Positions 35,821 through 44,358 of a stretch of 64,000 bases of DNA are shown in pieces. The position numbers were made by a program, and so were the translations under genes. Each line of letters begins with the position of its first letter. Position 1 is the stretch's first letter. The notes beneath the pieces are model-generated. The model was not told the origin of the DNA, ran no database searches, and saw only the letters and a list, made by a program, of their open reading frames with translations. Source of the DNA: Pseudomonadales bacterium (GTDB lineage: Bacteria > Patescibacteriota > Microgenomatia > UBA1400 > PJMF01); the NCBI GenBank assembly GCA_020632235.1, contig JACKFY010000004.1, positions 4,811 to 68,810 on the forward strand, read 5' to 3'.

Positions 35821-37896
35821 ATGTTGAATACTCTGCGTACCAGATGGCAGTACATGAGCATGCGAAAGCGAATAAAGGCTCTCATTTCTGGCTTTTTTTT
35901 GCTCATACTCATGGTAACCGCTGTCTCGGCGTTAATTGTAGTGCAGCAAAATCAAGAAAACAGGCAAAAAGCATCAGAAATTGATGGCACTACCTGCAGC
36001 ATTGCTTCGTACGCTCAAACCGGCACAAACCTTGTTCCTACTACTATCTTTGATCCAAGTGAACCTATTATTTTTGCTATTACAGTAGAGCAGACTAGAG
36101 GTCCACTACCTATTATTGTAGACGACTATCTCCACGATTTCTTGGCTGCAGGCTACACCATTTCACCCCCACTCTACAGCCCAGAATGTACAGCGCCAGA
36201 GTTTCCCCACACCGATCCCTTTGTCTATCGCTGTAACTGGCTCACGGCCATTCCAGGTGGCAGCATGACCACCTACCTACAGCTCGCTCCACCTATATCG
36301 CCCAGCCCCTCCCTGCCTGGTCAAACCCTTACCAATCAAGTAGAGCTCTTGCCCTGCGAAACCTGTGGTGGACTCGGCAGGCCTGCTAGCTGGACACCCA
36401 CTGTGTCCGTCAATGCAGCAGGGATCAGCGACCCTTCTTGCAGTACCACCATCACCATAACAGAAGAGCCCGTGACGCTGGGTGGTCAAGCCTACTGCAT
36501 AGACCAAGCAACCGGCAACAAACAGTACCAACAGGGAGTACAGATAGGGGAGAGAGCTAGCGAGCACTGGAGCGTGACCACCGATGCAAACGGCAGGTGG
36601 AGCGTGACACGACCAGCAGCTGAAATAAACCCTGACAACTATGCCATTCGTCCGTTTGGTAACAGTGACTTTCCCTACGCTTCTGACGTTATGACAACTG
36701 GTGTAAGCGGTATTTCTTGCCCAGATAGTAATATTGAGGGGCCAGAGCTCACACAAAACAATACTGCGGTTGTTGAGCGGGCTGCTGGCAGCTGCGGCAG
36801 AGCGCTGCCACTCGATACCCTAGATTTCAATTTGGGCTACTGCCCTGCCAATACTACGCCTGGAGTGCAGTGTGACTCTGTCTGCACGCCACCCAACACT
36901 CCAGCAAGTAGTGAAGAAATAGGTGCGCCAATTACTGATGAGTGTGTCCAAGCACTGGGGTCAGAGTATGCCTGCATGCCTGTGGGCACCGAGTACCGCT
37001 GCAGACTCATTGCCGATCCAACGAACGCCAGCTGCAACATCGCACCCACCCCCACCTACTACGACGGCTGGTGGCAGAGTAGAGGAGGACTTGTCTACAG
37101 CGCCCTCGCACTGACCAACGAAGTTCACCAAGACGCCAACCCACTCTTTGGTCTGCTAGCAAGATCATACATAGGTAGCGTCAATCCGAACTCCAGTGGT
37201 ATCGCCCGTGTAGGCAGCACTATTGTCACTTTTGGCAACGCCCAGCCCACCCAGCGAGTACGATCTCAACAAATGGCAAGTGGTAGCGATGCTCTCTCTC
37301 CGCCTAGTCTCACCACCACTATTTCTACCATACTTGCTAACAGTAGCGCTGCTCGTAGCCTTCCTAGCACCCTCACCCAAAAGCCCACAGACTGCACACC
37401 ACTTGATGGTGCGACTGTCTGCACAGCAACAGGCCTCCTGACCATTGATGGCGAACGCTGGATCGTAAACCCAGGGGAAAAGCTTATTATCGTTGTCGGG
37501 GGTGATGTACGCTTTGCGGGCAGTAGAAAGCAAGCTATCTGGCTACAAGACGGTGGCTTTTTTGCCCTGATTGCCAGCGGCACCATCACCTTTGGCGGTG
37601 AGCTGGGCAGCACCGACCACCAGCCGGGTCAGCCAGACGTCCCCCAAACAGACAACTACACTGCTGGTGGCGTGTACCTGGCGGGCCACAACATCGTAAT
37701 AGAGCAAACCAGCCAAGACACCGACAAACAGTTCGTAGGAAACGGCGTCTTTGCCGCAGGCGGGAACATACAGCTGCAGCGCTCATTAGCCTTTGATGGC
37801 AACACCCACCCTGCTAGTCTATTTGTCTACAACCCCCAGCTGTTACTCAATGCTCCTGATTTCTTCTTGGAGGGTTCGGTGGAGTGGCAGCCGTAG
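35821..37896 (+). CDS. Large Cys-rich surface protein (691 aa) with an N-terminal TM anchor and a conserved C-terminal beta-solenoid-like domain shared with the 1070-aa paralog
   Basis: N-terminal TM at RKRIKALISGFFLLILMVTAV. The C-terminal roughly 330 aa begins DGWWQSRGGL and ends NAPDFFLEGSVEW, aligning with the tail of 40188..43391. Confidence 0.65.
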   Translation: MLNTLRTRWQYMSMRKRIKALISGFFLLILMVTAVSALIVVQQNQENRQKASEIDGTTCSIASYAQTGTNLVPTTIFDPSEPIIFAITVEQTRGPLPIIVDDYLHDFLAAGYTISPPLYSPECTAPEFPHTDPFVYRCNWLTAIPGGSMTTYLQLAPPISPSPSLPGQTLTNQVELLPCETCGGLGRPASWTPTVSVNAAGISDPSCSTTITITEEPVTLGGQAYCIDQATGNKQYQQGVQIGERASEHWSVTTDANGRWSVTRPAAEINPDNYAIRPFGNSDFPYASDVMTTGVSGISCPDSNIEGPELTQNNTAVVERAAGSCGRALPLDTLDFNLGYCPANTTPGVQCDSVCTPPNTPASSEEIGAPITDECVQALGSEYACMPVGTEYRCRLIADPTNASCNIAPTPTYYDGWWQSRGGLVYSALALTNEVHQDANPLFGLLARSYIGSVNPNSSGIARVGSTIVTFGNAQPTQRVRSQQMASGSDALSPPSLTTTISTILANSSAARSLPSTLTQKPTDCTPLDGATVCTATGLLTIDGERWIVNPGEKLIIVVGGDVRFAGSRKQAIWLQDGGFFALIASGTITFGGELGSTDHQPGQPDVPQTDNYTAGGVYLAGHNIVIEQTSQDTDKQFVGNGVFAAGGNIQLQRSLAFDGNTHPASLFVYNPQLLLNAPDFFLEGSVEWQP

Positions 37897-37992
37897 GGCT
37901 ATTCCCCTTGTAAGGGGAGACGTCCCGACTTTAGTCGGGGCAGATGGGATGCAAGCTTCCTGTAATGCTCGTAATGTACACTGCGCCCTTGT

Positions 37993-38061
37993 GGGGACGC
38001 CACTGGCTGTGGAACCGTGTCTACGGAACTTGGTTTGCGAGTTCGATTCTCGTCGTCTCCA
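37993..38061 (+). other. tRNA-Ala-like fragment (acceptor stem with G3.U70 and canonical T-arm, but no cloverleaf in the 5' half)
   Basis: GGGGACG...GCGAG-TTCGATT-CTCGT-CGTCTCC-A. A perfect GGAGACG partner also lies at 37919-37925. Confidence 0.35.
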
Positions 38062-38159
38062 CAGGAAAAACTGTTTACTACTTGAAATACAGAGAAAGCA
38101 GAGTAAAATGAATGTCAATTCGTAGACGCGGTTATTTCATACCAATGGAAACCAATCAA

Positions 38160-38190
38160 CCCCTCACCAGCTGGTGAGGGGTTTTGTTTG
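38160..38190 (+). terminator. Rho-independent terminator
   Basis: CCCCTCACC-AGCT-GGTGAGGGG-TTTTGTTTG. Confidence 0.55.
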
Positions 38191-38233
38191 TATCCCCTCT
38201 TTTCAAGAGGGGTGTCCGTCAATTGACGGAAGG

Positions 38234-38347
38234 GGTGTTTAGCATCTCCTCTTTTCAAGAGGGGCATCCTTCACCTGAAAGGTGAGAGGGTGAGGTGTTT
38301 AGCACTCCCTTTCGTAAGGGGACAGGGACATCCCGACTTTAGTCGGG
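38234..38347 (+). repeat. Multi-hairpin structured element E, copy 1 (candidate ncRNA or repeat)
   Basis: Hairpins CCTCTTTTCAAGAGG, CCTTCACC-TGAAA-GGTGAG, CCCTT-TCGT-AAGGG and CCCGACTTTAGTCGGG, plus two GGTGTTTAGCA spacers. It is homologous to 44013-44131 with compensatory stem changes. Confidence 0.5.
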
Positions 38348-38448
38348 GGAGAGGGGTTTCCCTATTGCATTCCAACGTCTCATAGTATATTATGAGAGAT
38401 AGTGTGTTGTAGTAGCGGTATAAACAAACAACACACAGAAAACAAACC

Positions 38449-39678
38449 ATGCTGTTCCCATTTTTTTTTGAAGCGGAAGGTGTTAAACCAGTAAACCCTG
38501 ACGAGCTCGCTGCTGGTCAACCACAGATAGTAGCTGAACAAGCGTTGCCTCATGCCATAATTGCGGAACTACAACGAGCTCCAATTACTCTAGCTCCTTC
38601 CAGTGGCAACACTGCTACCCAAGGAGGGGAGGCAGCTGTGTTTGAAGCAGAAAATCAGCAATCAGCTATTCCGCCCTTGGAATTACCATTTGGTCCCCAG
38701 TATATTTCTCCAGAAAGACAGCGTGGGACTGAAATCACTGTAGCTCCGACAATCAACCCAGAAAATATTACCTGGGCACGACAAAATAACGGGATCGCCG
38801 ATATCATCTATGTGCCTACTGGAACAAGTGAAGAAAAGGCTAAGCTAAGAGAACTCTTCGAAAGTACGTGGCTTACTCAACTACAATCATCCCTACCTTA
38901 CTTCAGACATGGTTTTACTGGTTTAAATATTGGAGTCTGGGGAACCTATGATAACGGGCAGCCTGCCTTGCAACGACCCGACTTAATCATGCAGGCTGGT
39001 AAAAAATATGATGGAGACGTTCATCCAACAAGGGAAACAATTATCATCACTATTTCACTCGCTGGTGCAAATAATTTTTCTCAAGATGATTTGGTGATGG
39101 GTTCAGCTTACCAAGAAAATAATGTTGTAGCTGTGCAGGTTGACCGTGGATATGAGGGAAGAAATAACTATGCTTCATATACAAATGAGGCTTTTTTATT
39201 TCAATTAGGCCAAGCCGTTCGGCATGAAATCGGTCATATATTTGGACTTGAGCATGGACACAATGTGGGGGAATATAGCAATCAAAGCCTGGGCATTGCA
39301 GACTTTTATCTCAAACCAGAAGGTACATATACTCAAGAAGGAGGGTTTATCAAAGTTGATCTTGGCCAACTAGATTATACCTCAAATAGAAGTGGGGGAA
39401 ATGAGGTCATAGCTTATGTTTCTTGGCTTACGATGAAGCGTATAGCAACTGATGGTCAACATGTGTTTTTGCGAAAAATTGGTCCTCTAGGTGGTCGAGA
39501 TATCTATAGAATTCAGTATAGAGGAACTATAGAAAACTACCTTGATGTTTGGTTTCAAACTTACGATGAAACATTTCTTCAACAAAAAACATCACAAGTT
39601 GAACAATCACCACGCATTCCTCGCTCCAAAGTTGCTCGCAAATCCAATGTAGATTTGTCAGGTAAGAGAATAAGCTAA
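38449..39678 (+). CDS. Metzincin-type zinc metalloprotease
   Basis: VRHEIGHIFGLEHGHN matches the HExxHxxGxxH metzincin signature. There is no obvious signal peptide at the called start. Confidence 0.7.
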   Translation: MLFPFFFEAEGVKPVNPDELAAGQPQIVAEQALPHAIIAELQRAPITLAPSSGNTATQGGEAAVFEAENQQSAIPPLELPFGPQYISPERQRGTEITVAPTINPENITWARQNNGIADIIYVPTGTSEEKAKLRELFESTWLTQLQSSLPYFRHGFTGLNIGVWGTYDNGQPALQRPDLIMQAGKKYDGDVHPTRETIIITISLAGANNFSQDDLVMGSAYQENNVVAVQVDRGYEGRNNYASYTNEAFLFQLGQAVRHEIGHIFGLEHGHNVGEYSNQSLGIADFYLKPEGTYTQEGGFIKVDLGQLDYTSNRSGGNEVIAYVSWLTMKRIATDGQHVFLRKIGPLGGRDIYRIQYRGTIENYLDVWFQTYDETFLQQKTSQVEQSPRIPRSKVARKSNVDLSGKRIS

Positions 39679-39730
39679 AAATAACTTCTTCTACTTGTCT
39701 TCTTCCTCTTGGCTGGCGTATAGTGTAGTC

Positions 39731-40198
39731 ATGTGGCGTTATATAAAAATAGGTGTAGTTTTTCTCGTTATTTTTTGTGTTGGAATAGGTGGGGCGTATG
39801 TAAGTTTTTCTCAGATTATTCCTAATAAGAACTATGGTAAAAATCAAATCGCCGGCGATAAAATAGTTAAAGACCAAGAACCAACCAATCAAAATGGTCA
39901 ATATATTGCGAGAGGAAAACTAATAAGCTTTATTCCTGAACTAATTATAGTTTCAATTAATAACCAAAAATACTTTTTAAATGTTACTTCTAAAACAAAG
40001 TTTTTTATTTCTCATGTAGATCATAGTGATGGACTAAGTGGTGATCTCATAGAGAACAAAGATATAAGCATGCGTGATTTTGAAAATAAAATTTTAAATA
40101 CTCAACCTTTATTTGTATCGATTGTGTATAAAGAAAATGATACAAATGATGTGAATCAAAAAGAAGCAATTTTTATTAATGCTGCATATGATAAGTAA
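39731..40198 (+). CDS. Hypothetical small membrane-anchored protein (AT-rich gene)
   Basis: MWRYIKIGVVFLVIFCVGIGGAYV TM anchor. AT content is markedly higher than in neighbouring genes. Confidence 0.35.
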   Translation: MWRYIKIGVVFLVIFCVGIGGAYVSFSQIIPNKNYGKNQIAGDKIVKDQEPTNQNGQYIARGKLISFIPELIIVSINNQKYFLNVTSKTKFFISHVDHSDGLSGDLIENKDISMRDFENKILNTQPLFVSIVYKENDTNDVNQKEAIFINAAYDK

Positions 40199-43100
40199 GT
40201 CATTAAAAAAAATATTTACCTCTATATCAATTTTTATTGTTTTAACAATTACTCCAAGTCCTGTGCACGCAGAGTGTTACTTAGTATATGATGACTTTCA
40301 TCCCGGCGCTCCTGCAAACTGTCATGCTTATGCAGGGTGTGTAGACAGCTCGCCTCCAGGCTCAAGTAAAAATGAATTTATTTGCGAACTAGATGGCAAT
40401 GGTAATTGGGGATATAGGCATTATCACTACAGTGGTTACGGGAGTTTTTGCTCCTGCGGTGGAAGTGGAGGTGGCATCGTCCACTCTCACTTCAACGCCA
40501 CAATCACCGATCAAAACGGGCAGTACTACACGGTAGACAGTTGTAACGGCGGGGGCAATGGAGCTAACATAAGTGTGAGTGGCTCTGATGCATCTATTGA
40601 GGCAAAATGCGACACCACCCAGGCTGGCATGCCAGAGGGTCACTTTTCAGGAAAGGCAGAAGAAAACACTGATGCTACCTTTACCATGTCACAATTCCCC
40701 ACAGGCTTCATGTGCACTGGCTGGGAAGTGGTGCAAGGCGTGAACGGTACAAACCCTGGTGCATGGGTTGCTGGCCAAAGTACGACAAATTGTCAAACAA
40801 GCGCTGTCAATGTAGGTGATAACGACCACGACATAGAGGTGCACTTCCAAATTGAACCCATCCCCACACCCACACTCTCCCTCTCATGCAACAGCAACGA
40901 CCAAGTGGTGGTCAACTGGAGTAATGTAGGCACGCCGTTCTACCATATTCGTCTAGATACAGACCCTTCTTCTTGGAATGGAGACTGTAGCAACCCCAAC
41001 AACAGAGACATCTGCAACAACCAATACTACGACACTAACTATACCATCGGCAGTACTGAAAATAGAAACTATCACTTTTGGGTGCATGGCGCCACCGATA
41101 CTACCTTTGGGTCAGCAGGGACGATAGAGTTCAACTACCAGGACGTCTACGAGCAACAATGCATAGAGTACACCTCGTTTGATGCCATAATAGTGGGTGG
41201 AGACTTGCGCCATGGCCAAATCCCCCCCAGCAGCAGCTGCAGTACGGCGCAGAACTCGGGCATAGGTGACATCCAGTTTTATGCACCCTATAGCAGCCAA
41301 GAGTGGCTGTGTGGGGGTGACGGTAAGGTCTACGCCCGCCTTACTACCGAATCAAACAGAAACATCAGCGCCCAGACCCAACCCCCCAACGGGTATGTTT
41401 GTGATGGGTGGGAGATGCTTGATGCAAGCAATGGGTATAATCAAATTGCCTTTGGGGGACCAGGAGACTGCGGGCCTGAAAACTACACCATGCAGCACGG
41501 GGTGAATAGATTGCTCGTACTAAAAGTGAGGCAAAAAGCAGAAATAAACACTATTCTGACAGACAACACCTATCGCTATGGCTTCATTCCTCCTGGCGCA
41601 GCCTGCAATACCAATCTCAATGTGCAAGGAGGAAGTATATTTTATAGTGGTACTGGAAATCCGATGGGCCAGTGGATGTGTGGTGGTGATGGTCTGTTAT
41701 TTAGTAAAATCACCACAGATGTAAATGAAAATATATCTATCCAAGCCACCCCGCCGCCCAACTTTTCTTGTAATGGCTGGCGCTACACCGATAATAACGG
41801 CACTCAATCAGGACCTGGATGTGGACCATCTACTCTTTCCCCTGCGGCTAATCTTAACAGCACACTGGTACTAGATGTGCAGCCAAACCCCAGCAACACC
41901 GGCATCTGTGGCGATGGCACCATCCAGTCACCCAACAGCAACGGCGTGTATGAAGACTGCGATGACGGCAACACGACTGATTGGGATAGCTGTCATAGTG
42001 ACTGTACGCTGGAAACCTACGCTATCGGCTCTGTGGTTGATGACGTGGGAAAGTACTATGGCCCCTCATCACTCTCGTGTGCAAACGTATCTAACCCAAA
42101 CTATGGGGGAGAGGCTACTTTTACAACATCTATGGACTCCGTGCAGTGGAGTTGTAAAGCAGATGGGAAAATATTTGTCGATATGTATAGTCATCCCTAC
42201 ACCGATGCTGAGAGCATCACTGTGCAGAACGTACCCCCAGGCATTCAGTGTAGCACTGATGTAGACTGGTTTGTGCTAGGGGATACTACAAACTACTCTG
42301 GCACAACATGTAGTGCTACCAACCTTACAGGGAACAAACAATTTGACCTCCAGTTTAATATCGCCACAGACCCCACAGCGCCTCAACAGTGTAATCAATC
42401 ATGTAGTATTGACGATGACTGCGCGACAGGGCTATCGTGCGTAGGTGGAATGTGCACAGGGAACTCTTGCCCCACCTTTACCAATCCACCCACCCCAACA
42501 CCTACTCCTCCTACCGGCCCGGTTATAGACGGCTGGTGGCAGGTGAGGGGAGGGCTTCTTTTGAGCAATGATAATTTTACAAATCCAATTGCGTCTTCAG
42601 TCTTGCGATTTTTAATGATAGCCACAGACCCATCCAACGAACTAACTGCTGGCATCCCCATTGCTCCAAACGGTTTTGATATCGACGTCAATAATGAACC
42701 CACCCAGAGAGAAAAACCATACCAAGCAGCTACCACTGGCGCCAACCCTCACGCAGAGATTTCAAAAGCCAAAAACGCACTGCTCAAAAAAGCAGAGGAG
42801 CTCGTAGGCTCTAACGCCCACTCTACCCCCATGTCTGAAAAGCCCTCCTGCACCCCAATTCCGGGCACAACGTCTGGTGCAAGCGAGGGTGGTGAAACAG
42901 AGGGGGCAGCCGCCACTGAGACAAGTATTTGTTATGTTGACGGAGACCTCACTATCTCCAATCCAACCACGTGGAGCATTGACGCAGACGAAAACCTCAT
43001 CATCGTAGCAAAAGGCGACATTGTATTTAGTGGCACAGCGCCCCTGAACACTATTACACCTGGTGGGTTCTTGGGCTTTATAGCAGGTGGCACCATTACG

Positions 43101-43391
43101 TTTGAGGAAGATATGGGCAATACCACCTCTCAACAACCCAACACACTCACCCCCACGCCCACCGTACACGCTGTTTTTCTGGCAGACTCCATTACTATAG
43201 ATGGCGAACCTACAGGAAACGGACAGTTTGTGGGCAAAGGTGTGTTTGCAGCTGTGAACGACATTATGCTGCAGCGCAAACTTTCTGCCGGTGGTGATGA
43301 GTACCCTGCCAGCTACTTTATCCACGACTCACTCTTGGTACAAAACGCCCCAGATTTTTTCAAAAGTACTCGCCTGGAATGGGGAAAATAA
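40188..43391 (+). CDS. Giant secreted Cys-rich repeat protein (about 1067 aa) with a Sec signal peptide, internal roughly 120-aa Cys modules, a Myxococcus-type CxxCDDGN repeat, a Pro/Thr linker and the shared C-terminal domain
   Basis: Signal peptide MISKSLKKIFTSISIFIVLTITPSPVHA-E. Repeats W.CGGDGK..(R/K)(I/L)TT(E/D).N.NIS.Q..PP....C.GW occur at least three times. CGDGTIQSPNSNGVYEDCDDGNTTDWDSCHSDCT. The C-terminus DGWWQVRGGL...NAPDFF...EW aligns with 35821..37896. Confidence 0.7.
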   Translation: MISKSLKKIFTSISIFIVLTITPSPVHAECYLVYDDFHPGAPANCHAYAGCVDSSPPGSSKNEFICELDGNGNWGYRHYHYSGYGSFCSCGGSGGGIVHSHFNATITDQNGQYYTVDSCNGGGNGANISVSGSDASIEAKCDTTQAGMPEGHFSGKAEENTDATFTMSQFPTGFMCTGWEVVQGVNGTNPGAWVAGQSTTNCQTSAVNVGDNDHDIEVHFQIEPIPTPTLSLSCNSNDQVVVNWSNVGTPFYHIRLDTDPSSWNGDCSNPNNRDICNNQYYDTNYTIGSTENRNYHFWVHGATDTTFGSAGTIEFNYQDVYEQQCIEYTSFDAIIVGGDLRHGQIPPSSSCSTAQNSGIGDIQFYAPYSSQEWLCGGDGKVYARLTTESNRNISAQTQPPNGYVCDGWEMLDASNGYNQIAFGGPGDCGPENYTMQHGVNRLLVLKVRQKAEINTILTDNTYRYGFIPPGAACNTNLNVQGGSIFYSGTGNPMGQWMCGGDGLLFSKITTDVNENISIQATPPPNFSCNGWRYTDNNGTQSGPGCGPSTLSPAANLNSTLVLDVQPNPSNTGICGDGTIQSPNSNGVYEDCDDGNTTDWDSCHSDCTLETYAIGSVVDDVGKYYGPSSLSCANVSNPNYGGEATFTTSMDSVQWSCKADGKIFVDMYSHPYTDAESITVQNVPPGIQCSTDVDWFVLGDTTNYSGTTCSATNLTGNKQFDLQFNIATDPTAPQQCNQSCSIDDDCATGLSCVGGMCTGNSCPTFTNPPTPTPTPPTGPVIDGWWQVRGGLLLSNDNFTNPIASSVLRFLMIATDPSNELTAGIPIAPNGFDIDVNNEPTQREKPYQAATTGANPHAEISKAKNALLKKAEELVGSNAHSTPMSEKPSCTPIPGTTSGASEGGETEGAAATETSICYVDGDLTISNPTTWSIDADENLIIVAKGDIVFSGTAPLNTITPGGFLGFIAGGTITFEEDMGNTTSQQPNTLTPTPTVHAVFLADSITIDGEPTGNGQFVGKGVFAAVNDIMLQRKLSAGGDEYPASYFIHDSLLVQNAPDFFKSTRLEWGK

Positions 43392-43946
43392 ATGAAACAG
43401 CACCACTCTGCTGGGTTTACTCTCATTGAGCTACTCATCGCCACAGCATTAACCGCATTTATCATGGTTTCTGCATCGTACCTACTGGTCTCAACACTCA
43501 GCGCTCGCGGCAAAACGGCAGTCAGGCAGACACTCAAGGCAGAGGGGCAGTTTGTCCAAAACCAAGTAGACACAGCCCTGCGTAGTGCCAAAGCACCCAT
43601 CACCTGCATTACAGATGAAGAAACAGGTGTCGCCTCCACCATTCTCTTTTACAACTCTGCAGGCGAAGCGCACCAGTTTTCCCATCAGCCGCTAGCTGCG
43701 GTAGGCACTCCAATAGACGCCATTTATTATGACAACGACATTCTTGTGTCAGATGCGGTGACCATCACCGATCTTTCATTTCGCTGTGAAAACGCGCGAA
43801 CAGACAGAACTCAAGTGGGCGGTGGTAGCGACGTCTACATCACCACCACGTTCCAGGTGCATAACAAAGATGCAAGTGGTGGAGCGGGCGAGATCTATGA
43901 GTTATTTCGCTCTGGTGTGCTCATCCGCAACACCATCGGCCAGTAG
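43392..43946 (+). CDS. Type IV pilin/pseudopilin with a class III signal
   Basis: MKQHHSAG-FTLIELLIATALTAF prepilin cleavage/methylation motif. Confidence 0.8.
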   Translation: MKQHHSAGFTLIELLIATALTAFIMVSASYLLVSTLSARGKTAVRQTLKAEGQFVQNQVDTALRSAKAPITCITDEETGVASTILFYNSAGEAHQFSHQPLAAVGTPIDAIYYDNDILVSDAVTITDLSFRCENARTDRTQVGGGSDVYITTTFQVHNKDASGGAGEIYELFRSGVLIRNTIGQ

Positions 43947-44012
43947 CCCCCTCACCCAGACTTCTCCACTTGCGGTCGAAGTGACAGACTAGTGTTTAGT
44001 CAAAACAAAAAG

Positions 44013-44131
44013 GTTTAGCATCTCGTCTTTGCAAGAGGAGCACCCTTCACCTTTCAGGTGAAAGGGCGAGGTGCTTAGCTCTTCCCTTCATAAGGGAACC
44101 CCCGATGAAACATCGGGGGACAGGGACATCA
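44013..44131 (+). repeat. Multi-hairpin structured element E, copy 2
   Basis: Same order of hairpins and GTTTAGC spacers as 38234-38347, with covarying stems (CGTCTTTGCAAGAGG, CCTTCACC-TTTC-AGGTGAAAGG, CCCTT-CAT-AAGGG, CCCGATGAAACATCGGG) and a conserved ACAGGGACATC 3' end. Confidence 0.5.
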
Positions 44132-44193
44132 AGCGTGAGCGTGATAGATAGGTTTAAACATTCCCCTTGTAAGGGGAAAACTCGAGCGAAAAG

Positions 44194-44268
44194 GGTTTCT
44201 GTCATTTAGATCCACCAGCTGACGGAGAGAAATCACACCCAGATTTCTCGACTACGCTCGAAATGACG
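44194..44268. repeat. Intergenic long-hairpin repeat element R, copy 2
   Basis: GGGTTTCTGTCATTTAGATC ... CAGATTTCTCGACTACGCTCGAAATGAC is homologous to 32437-32514. Confidence 0.5.
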
Positions 44269-44317
44269 GGGAGGAATGGTCGGTATGACAGGTGGGATTA
44301 GTGGAGAGCATTGACTT

Positions 44318-44357
44318 GCAGTCGTCACTCTGGAGTAAAACGATAGAGTCTGACTGC
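44318..44357. repeat. Conserved stem-loop motif, copy B (GCAGTC-ACTCT-GGAGTAAAACGAT-AGAGT-GACTGC)
   Basis: It shares the 27-nt core CACTCTGGANNNAANCGATAGAGTCT with 15381-15417 and 55343-55382. Confidence 0.55.
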
Positions 44358-44358
44358 C

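Noticed and set aside
37993-38061. Calling 37993-38061 a functional 69-nt tRNA-Ala
   Set aside because: The acceptor stem and T-arm are perfect, but no D-arm or anticodon arm can be folded from the intervening 44 nt. Kept only as a tRNA-like fragment.
37793-38125. ORFs 37793..38125(+) and 37843..38118(-) across the tRNA-like, hairpin-rich spacer
   Set aside because: They overlap the end of the 691-aa gene and the structured non-coding region and have no RBS or domain signal. More likely non-coding.
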